64,000 bases of DNA from contig CAYUVV010000001.1 in the NCBI GenBank assembly GCA_964448295.1, positions 144,065 through 208,064 on the forward strand. Reading direction: 5' to 3'. Position 1 is the first letter of the stretch. Every line of letters starts with the position of its first letter. The translations under genes and the position numbers were made by a program. Positions 58,682-64,000 of this stretch are shown piece after piece. Below the pieces are notes generated by a model. It was not told where the DNA came from and did not search any database. It saw only the letters and a list, made by a program, of their open reading frames with translations. The DNA is from an uncultured Candidatus Saccharibacteria bacterium. GTDB lineage: Bacteria; Patescibacteriota; Minisyncoccia; Phycocordibacterales; JACOZG01.

Positions 58682-58706
58682 AAAAAGCGGCCGATAGCCG
58701 CTTTTT
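58682..58706. terminator. Bidirectional rho-independent terminator separating DUF262-HNH gene from the trio
   Basis: AAAAAGCGGC-cgat-AGCCGCTTTTT. Confidence 0.6.
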
Positions 58707-58721
58707 CAGAGAATAAAAGTT

Positions 58722-59831
58722 TTAAATCCCCGACTTTGTTCGATTATGTTCCCTGCATAGCATTTGGCAATTTTCTGCGGTTGTTTTACCGCCCTCGTGC
58801 CAAGGGGTAATATGGTCGGCTTCCATTTCCTCAATATCCCACTTTTGCTTTTCTTTCTTCTCTTTTTTGCACCACGGACAAATGCCATTTTGCCGCTCGT
58901 ACGCTTCGCGCTTCATTTTGTCGGTAAAAGCGCGGATTGAAAGATATTTTTCTTGTCTTGTTAAAACATACGGATAGATGCCGGATTTTTTGGTAACATC
59001 CTCGTCCTGCATCAATTCTTTGATTTCAGCTTCCAATTTCGCAGGATTTAATTTTTTGTCTTTGAATTTGTTGTAAAGTTCGCCCCAGTTCACATGCGCC
59101 ATCTCCTTGCGGTAATTAGGAAAAGTTTTGCGCACCCAAGCAATCACATCTTGAAAGTACTCCCAAAGCTCATCAGCATTTTTGTCGTGCTGATGGCGGG
59201 CCATATAGTCCTCAATTTTACCCTCGTTTATCCACGAAAGCGCAGTTTCGAGATATTCCTGACGGATCGGCGAACCGCTCAAAAGCGCACCGCCGTCATT
59301 GGCGAGCAGATACGCCGCGCAGTTTGATTTGCTGAATTTGAGTTTTGCGTCAGAAAGCCACGGGCCGGTATAAACCGCGTTGCGAATTTCTTGATCGGTC
59401 AATTTTTCTCCGGCAATGTTAATGATCCTGAACCAATCCAGCCGCTCTTTGTCTGTCCCTTCGCAGAAATAAATCATGAGTTCATAATCCAAAATCTGGT
59501 TTTGTTCTTCTTTGGTGAGATTGTGAAAATATCTTTCGTTCAGCGAGAAATCGCCGGTTACATACTGCCCGATGCTGATGGTGCGCTGTTGGCCGTCCAG
59601 CACTTCATAGCCGCCGTCTTCGCGCACCATCCAATACATCACATTGAGCGGAAAGTTGTTTTTGATGGTTTCAATTACGGCATTGCGCTGTTTTTCTTTA
59701 TAAACGAATTCACGCTGATATTTGGGACGGATATCCAGCTTGCCGTCATATGCCACAACGCCCTCCTCGGCGCTGTCCTTGTAGCCAGCAATCACTTTAC
59801 GGATCGGAATTTTGTGGAGTTCAATTTTCAT
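58722..59831 (-). CDS. DUF262 (ParB-like) + HNH nuclease (GmrSD/SspE-like architecture), candidate restriction component
   Basis: DGQQRTISIGQYV DUF262 motif; C-terminal CPWC...ADHITPWHEGGKTTAENCQMLCREHN HNH. Confidence 0.8.
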   Translation of the reverse strand: MKIELHKIPIRKVIAGYKDSAEEGVVAYDGKLDIRPKYQREFVYKEKQRNAVIETIKNNFPLNVMYWMVREDGGYEVLDGQQRTISIGQYVTGDFSLNERYFHNLTKEEQNQILDYELMIYFCEGTDKERLDWFRIINIAGEKLTDQEIRNAVYTGPWLSDAKLKFSKSNCAAYLLANDGGALLSGSPIRQEYLETALSWINEGKIEDYMARHQHDKNADELWEYFQDVIAWVRKTFPNYRKEMAHVNWGELYNKFKDKKLNPAKLEAEIKELMQDEDVTKKSGIYPYVLTRQEKYLSIRAFTDKMKREAYERQNGICPWCKKEKKEKQKWDIEEMEADHITPWHEGGKTTAENCQMLCREHNRTKSGI

Positions 59832-59832
59832 A

Positions 59833-60906
59833 TTATTTCTTTACTTTCTTATTTCTAATTACAACACGAACATAAGTTGGCTTACCATTTATTGCCCCTT
59901 CCTTATCCTTGATAAGGCCATGCTCTTTGTATGGAACATTGCTATTGCGTCTAATATCATTGGCACTTAATATCTCAAACTTGTCGGGATTGTATTTAGC
60001 AAGAAAAGTAATCGGCACTCCCATTGCACCGTCATAATCCATTGGAATATCAGAATATCTTGAAACCTCTATAGCATCATAATTGTCATATTTTGGGTAT
60101 TCTTTTGGGTTGTATTTTTTATATAAGGTGAGCTCCTCGTGTCTCTTTGTTGTATCTAAATTGGTGTACCAAAGTATTCTCCCCATACTGAAGTATTTAA
60201 TGCCATTTACAATTTTCTTTCTTGATTCTGTGGGTATGTCATAATCCATCGGCACCTGAAACCATTTTGTGCCACCATTGTCGTAGCCCAGCCATAATTT
60301 ATTGCTTTTTATAAGTTTAAAAATCTCTTTGTAGGTAGAGGCATTTTGATCGCCAAGAATAAGAAATTTTTTATTGTATTCCACAAGTTGGGCAACATAC
60401 TCGCGAAAAAGCGAAAACGGCGGATTCGTTACTACGATATCAGCCTGTTTCAGCAGTTCTATACACTCGTTGCTCCTAAAATCTCCATTGCCTTTAAGCG
60501 GTGTGGCGGCATTTTTATTGTATTTTAATAAATGTTTTACATCTTCAAGATCAATCGCTCCGTTTTTGTCAGAATCCGGCACTTCGTTAATTTCAATCTT
60601 CATTGGCTCTTTGCCTTTTGGCTTCAAGCCCGCTATTTCAAAGAGCGGCAGTTGATTGCCGACTATTGGAGACGGGCTGTAACTTGTGGTGATAAGTTTC
60701 TTTAATCCGAGTGCGTTGAAGTTGCCCGCGAAATATTTGAAAAAATTGCTCTCAAACGGGTCATCGCAATTGCAATACACAATCTTGCCGCGAAATTGAT
60801 TTTTGTAGTGTTTGAGCTCTTTCTCAATATCAACAAGCTGGGTGTAAAACTCGTCTGTTTTAGCGCTTCTCGCTGAATGTAAGTTTTTGTTTAATGATTT
60901 AGTCAT
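59833..60906 (-). CDS. DNA N6-adenine methyltransferase, gamma-class-like (NPPF)
   Basis: N-terminal DEFYTQ (motif X-like), VVTNPPF motif IV; 2 bp from the DUF262-HNH gene and 3 bp from the C-protein gene. Confidence 0.65.
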   Translation of the reverse strand: MTKSLNKNLHSARSAKTDEFYTQLVDIEKELKHYKNQFRGKIVYCNCDDPFESNFFKYFAGNFNALGLKKLITTSYSPSPIVGNQLPLFEIAGLKPKGKEPMKIEINEVPDSDKNGAIDLEDVKHLLKYNKNAATPLKGNGDFRSNECIELLKQADIVVTNPPFSLFREYVAQLVEYNKKFLILGDQNASTYKEIFKLIKSNKLWLGYDNGGTKWFQVPMDYDIPTESRKKIVNGIKYFSMGRILWYTNLDTTKRHEELTLYKKYNPKEYPKYDNYDAIEVSRYSDIPMDYDGAMGVPITFLAKYNPDKFEILSANDIRRNSNVPYKEHGLIKDKEGAINGKPTYVRVVIRNKKVKK

Positions 60907-60908
60907 AA

Positions 60909-61121
60909 TTACTTCTGTATTAAATCATCAACACCAACGCCGAGCGCATCCGCGATTTTGCGGAGCGTCTCAACGCGGGGGTCAGGTGTTGAACCGGTTT
61001 CTATCTTTGCAATGGTGTGTAAAGTAACACCGGCCAATTTGGACAGCTTATCTTGTGAAATACCGAGCTTGTCTCGATATTTCTTTATGTTCTTTGCTAT
61101 GGTGGATAATTCTTTTGCCAT
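60909..61121 (-). CDS. XRE-family HTH, probable controller (C) protein
   Basis: 70 aa; shares ISQDKLSKLA...LHT(V)..I...D....E(T)...IA.AL.V.VDDL with the 17947 HTH. Palindrome AGTAAAGTTTTACT 4 nt upstream of ATG. Confidence 0.8.
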   Translation of the reverse strand: MAKELSTIAKNIKKYRDKLGISQDKLSKLAGVTLHTIAKIETGSTPDPRVETLRKIADALGVGVDDLIQK

Positions 61122-61352
61122 ACCAGTAAAACTTTACTATAATGTGTTTAGCGTGGTATTATTATTGTATGAAAAATAATCCTTTTCGTCAATCTGTTTT
61201 AGGGAGTTCCCTAACCTTGCCCGCGCACTGGGCTGGTGGGGCAATGGCAAGAAAAAATAACTCCGCCAAAGCGAGACCAGCCCCGCCAATGGCGGGGCTG
61301 GGCGAGCGAACCCTCTCGTCTGAAAATTCGCGGTTTGTTTTGTCAGAAGCTG

Positions 61353-61423
61353 CTGCCAGACTTGGATTCGAACCAAGATTCACGGCTCCAAAGGCCGCTG
61401 TCCTACCATTAGACGATCTGGCA
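61353..61423 (-). tRNA. tRNA-Gln (anticodon TTG), no encoded CCA
   Basis: Hand-folded: acceptor TGCCAGA/TCTGGCA (U1-A72 as in bacterial tRNA-Gln), D-stem GTCT/GGAC, anticodon stem GCGGC/GCCGT with loop CTTTGGA, T-arm CTTGG-TTCGAAT-CCAAG. Confidence 0.8.
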
Positions 61424-61503
61424 AAACCACTAAGCAATCTTAGCAGAAACTCTCGCTATTGCAAAAAATTTCGAAGTGTAGCAAGATTACAGTTTGAAAC
61501 CAA

Positions 61504-62439
61504 ATGATTCTTGATTGGCAAAAATTACGTCCATTTTTCGGTTTGATCGTTATCGGAGCGAGCTTGGTAGTTTTGATAATTTGGAATTTTTACTTGACGG
61601 CCCAGATTGCCAACTTAACCAATGATTTTGCCTCATCTACTGCCGCCCTGACTTTGCGGCATCAGGAAAATGACGAAGATATTTCCGAGCTAAAAGAACG
61701 TTTAGGCGAAACCTCGAAATCTCTCTCTCAAACGGCTGCCGATTTGAAAAACGCGCAGGAGGATCTTGACTCGGCTCTCTCCCGCGCGGCCGAAGTAGAG
61801 GAACAAGTGGGAGAGATCACTGGCACTGTTTCTACTCTGGAAAAATTGAGCCAGACCGATCCCGAGCTTTTGCAAAAATACTCTAAGGTATTTTTCTTGA
61901 ATGAGCACTATGCTCCGCCGCGCCTAGTGGAAATTCCGTCCGAATATCGTTACAGCGCCAACAAGGTGGAAACTATTCATTACCGCGTTTGGCCATTTTT
62001 ACGTCGCTTGCTTGACCGAGCCAAACGGGACGGTGTGGAAATTTATGTGAAATCCGCTTACCGCTCATTTGAGGAACAACGTTCGACCAAATCATCTTTC
62101 AGCGTAACTTATGGAGCGGGCACGGCAAATACTTTTTCCGCTGATCAAGGTTACTCCGAGCATCAACTTGGCACGACGGTTGATTTCATTACCAAAGGAT
62201 TAAACGGTCAGCTTGATGGTTTTGAGAAAACGAATGCTTACCAATGGTTGATCGCCAACGCTCATAATTATGGCTTCACCCTTTCTTATCCGCCGAATAA
62301 CCAATACTATATTTTTGAACCTTGGCATTGGCGTTTTGTCGGCGAGGATTTGGCCGAAGACTTGCACGATGACGGCAAGTACTTTTACGATCTCGACCAA
62401 CGAGATATTGACAAATACCTAGTCAAAATTTTCGATTAG
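61504..62439 (+). CDS. M15-family D-Ala-D-Ala carboxypeptidase (VanY-like) with N-terminal TM and coiled coil
   Basis: VKSAYRSFEEQ, SEHQLGTTVDF, EPWHWRF metal-binding motifs. Confidence 0.75.
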   Translation: MILDWQKLRPFFGLIVIGASLVVLIIWNFYLTAQIANLTNDFASSTAALTLRHQENDEDISELKERLGETSKSLSQTAADLKNAQEDLDSALSRAAEVEEQVGEITGTVSTLEKLSQTDPELLQKYSKVFFLNEHYAPPRLVEIPSEYRYSANKVETIHYRVWPFLRRLLDRAKRDGVEIYVKSAYRSFEEQRSTKSSFSVTYGAGTANTFSADQGYSEHQLGTTVDFITKGLNGQLDGFEKTNAYQWLIANAHNYGFTLSYPPNNQYYIFEPWHWRFVGEDLAEDLHDDGKYFYDLDQRDIDKYLVKIFD

Positions 62440-62517
62440 TGTTAAACTAACAACCAGAGGATCACCAATGGATGGTGATCCATAAGGCCTTTGTCTTCCT
62501 AGAATTGGAGGTTGAAG

Positions 62518-62889
62518 ATGACGAAGGATGTCCTTTTCTTTCGTAGTCGGTCTGTTGCTCTACTGGCTAGGTTTGAAAGTAATGGAGTGGGAGCATTTGT
62601 AACTTTGCATTGCGAGCAACAGAAAGGCCGGGGGAAAATCACAATTCCCCAAGAACACTTTCCCCTTCTGATCGAGTGGCTGTCGGCTTTTGATTTTCGT
62701 GAGTGTCCGAAGACAAATGAGGAAATTGGTGTTTCTGTTGAATTGCTTGAGTGTGGTAACGTTGTGCGGTTGCACAACACGCAGAAGCCAGGAGACAAAG
62801 GATTGCTTCTCTCATCGACAGAAACTCGATGGTTGATTCTGTCGCCCGCGACAAATTCCCTTTGTCGTCAATTTGCCAGAACGGAGTAG
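62518..62889 (+). CDS. Hypothetical protein
   Basis: ATG with GGAGG 7 nt upstream (track ORF started at an upstream TTG). Confidence 0.4.
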   Translation: MTKDVLFFRSRSVALLARFESNGVGAFVTLHCEQQKGRGKITIPQEHFPLLIEWLSAFDFRECPKTNEEIGVSVELLECGNVVRLHNTQKPGDKGLLLSSTETRWLILSPATNSLCRQFARTE

Positions 62890-62912
62890 GGCAACGTTAA
62901 CCTCGAAATCAA

Positions 62913-62952
62913 TGCCGCCTCGTTGCCATCGCGCGACGAGGCGGTTCTTTTT
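62913..62952. terminator. Bidirectional rho-independent terminator between convergent genes
   Basis: GCCGCCTCGT...ACGAGGCGG + TTCTTTTTA. Confidence 0.6.
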
Positions 62953-63169
62953 ATAATTTTTGAATCTCTTTTAGGTCTTTATCCGGCAGATAGAGAACGA
63001 GGAAACCGAGTACAATCCCACCGATCGCCGTCCAAAAATGTTCACCCGCGAAAAACCAAAGATCAAGGCCGTCAAGCACATACCAAATCCCCCGCCAGAT
63101 AAGCACCAAGCCCAAAACGACGGCAAAACTTTGAGCAAAATAGCGAATCCGGTTAATTTTCTTTTTCAT
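62951..63169 (-). CDS. Small membrane protein, hypothetical
   Basis: 2 TM; overlaps dnaX 3' end; start uncertain. Confidence 0.3.
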   Translation of the reverse strand: MKKKINRIRYFAQSFAVVLGLVLIWRGIWYVLDGLDLWFFAGEHFWTAIGGIVLGFLVLYLPDKDLKEIQKL

Positions 63170-64000
63170 TCTCGCAAATTGTAACCACCGCGAGCTCAAG
63201 TGGCAACTGCGGTAGGTAAAAACGTCCAGTATCTTCAGCCGCCTCGAGCAGACGGCGCAGAATCATCACTAAACGCGCCGCCGCCGGATGGGTGCCGGCT
63301 TGCTTAACGATCGCGAAATCGGTCGGCGTCAATTCTTTCTCTAATTCCGTTTGTTGAGCGGGCGGAGTTAACCGATAAAGCAGGGCCAAGCGCGTCAGGC
63401 GAAGTAAGAGCCGTGTTAGAACCTTCATCTCTCGATTAAGTGTGGTGGCTTCTTTAATCACGGCCAAGGCCGCATCAACCTGCCTATCAAGTAAAGCAAG
63501 CAGGCAACGACCGACGAGAGCCGGCGTCGGAGCTTCTGTTACTTCTTCAACCACAGCGAGCGTAATTTTTTCGCCCGCGCGCACTAACACCAAGCATTTT
63601 TCCAGCCAACCGAGAGCGTCGCGGAAAGAGCCGTCGGCAATAATTCCCAGCAAATCAGCACCCGCCGGTTCCAATTTATAACCTTCTTTTTTAGCAACAG
63701 TGGCGAGCAGGGCCGCTGTAGTCTCGGGTGATGGCCGACGGAAATTAAAAATTTGGCAACGGGAAGAAACTGTTTCTGGTAGTTTGTGCGCTTCGGTGGT
63801 GGCAAGAATAAAAATAATGTGCGCCGGCGGCTCTTCTAGTGTTTTCAAAAGAGCATTAAAGGCCTCGCGCGTAAGCATGTGCGCCTCGTCTACAATATAG
63901 ACCTTGTATGGCGAGGCCACAGGCAAAGAACGCACCGCCTCCCGTAATTCGCGGATTTCGTCCACGCCACGGTTGGAGGCGGCATCAATTTCGTAAAGAT
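63153..64000 (-). CDS. dnaX: DNA polymerase III subunit gamma/tau, C-terminal part (gene continues beyond window end)
   Basis: VYIVDEAHMLT, LLKTLEEPP, sensor-2 region; frame stays open upstream to the window edge (…LYEIDAASNRGVDEIRELRE). Confidence 0.85.
   Translation of the reverse strand, partial: LYEIDAASNRGVDEIRELREAVRSLPVASPYKVYIVDEAHMLTREAFNALLKTLEEPPAHIIFILATTEAHKLPETVSSRCQIFNFRRPSPETTAALLATVAKKEGYKLEPAGADLLGIIADGSFRDALGWLEKCLVLVRAGEKITLAVVEEVTEAPTPALVGRCLLALLDRQVDAALAVIKEATTLNREMKVLTRLLLRLTRLALLYRLTPPAQQTELEKELTPTDFAIVKQAGTHPAAARLVMILRRLLEAAEDTGRFYLPQLPLELAVVTICENEKEN

Noticed and set aside
61142-61507. ORFs 61142-61507(+) and 61189-61437(-)
   Set aside because: They span the tRNA-Gln gene and the hairpin. 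The minus-strand translation (GFARSSNGRTAAFGAVNLGSNPS) is the classic artefact of translating a tRNA.

Overview
This 64-kb bacterial chromosomal window (roughly 50% GC, compact, many 4-20 bp gene overlaps) is mostly a housekeeping backbone interrupted by two AT-richer accessory islands that each abut the 3' end of a tRNA gene. The minimal gene versions (gamma-only DnaX fragment, UvrA without the insertion domain, UvrC without the C-terminal HhH, 322-aa TrpS, 433-aa GltX) suggest a reduced-genome lineage such as CPR/Patescibacteria; this is inference only.

Backbone content:
- DMT transporter, SET-domain protein, 7TM sensor kinase.
- An alpha-glucan cluster of GH57, a small ORF and a GH15 glucoamylase.
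- tgt, uvrB-uvrA-uvrC, a histidine kinase plus stand-alone receiver, ddl, tRNA-Ala.
- tag, a degenerate P-type-ATPase-like protein, rmuC, rplU, recR, dnaB, pyrD, ctpA, rplI, rpmA.
- A cell-envelope block of M23 peptidase, gltX, murG, ftsW, mraY, a D,D-carboxypeptidase, scpB, scpA and trpS.
- A PEP-CTERM-like secreted protein, a GT4 glycosyltransferase, a Na/Ca exchanger, pcm, typA/bipA.
- After island B: tRNA-Gln, a VanY-like M15 peptidase and a dnaX fragment.

Island A (17.76-21.96 kb, directly after tRNA-Ala) is a four-gene operon: a leaderless XRE C-protein, a beta-class amino-MTase (SPPY), an MvaI/BcnI(MutH)-like restriction endonuclease and a 716-aa Z1-like SF2 ATPase.

Island B (about 49.3-61.35 kb, ending at the 3' end of tRNA-Gln) carries:
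- a YhhQ transporter plus a small SAM-MTase;
- a large serine recombinase and a SEC-C protein;
- an XRE HTH plus a 1062-aa SF1 helicase with a DUF559 nuclease domain;
- a separately promoted trio of paralogous unknown proteins;
- a DUF262-HNH nuclease, a gamma-class N6A MTase (NPPF) and a third XRE C-protein.

Most notable: an ~85-bp structured repeat with a hairpin and a variable poly-C loop occurs four times and precisely brackets the two defence cassettes, inverted around the R-M operon and direct around the HTH-helicase cassette. No CRISPR array, rRNA or IS element with a recognisable transposase was found.
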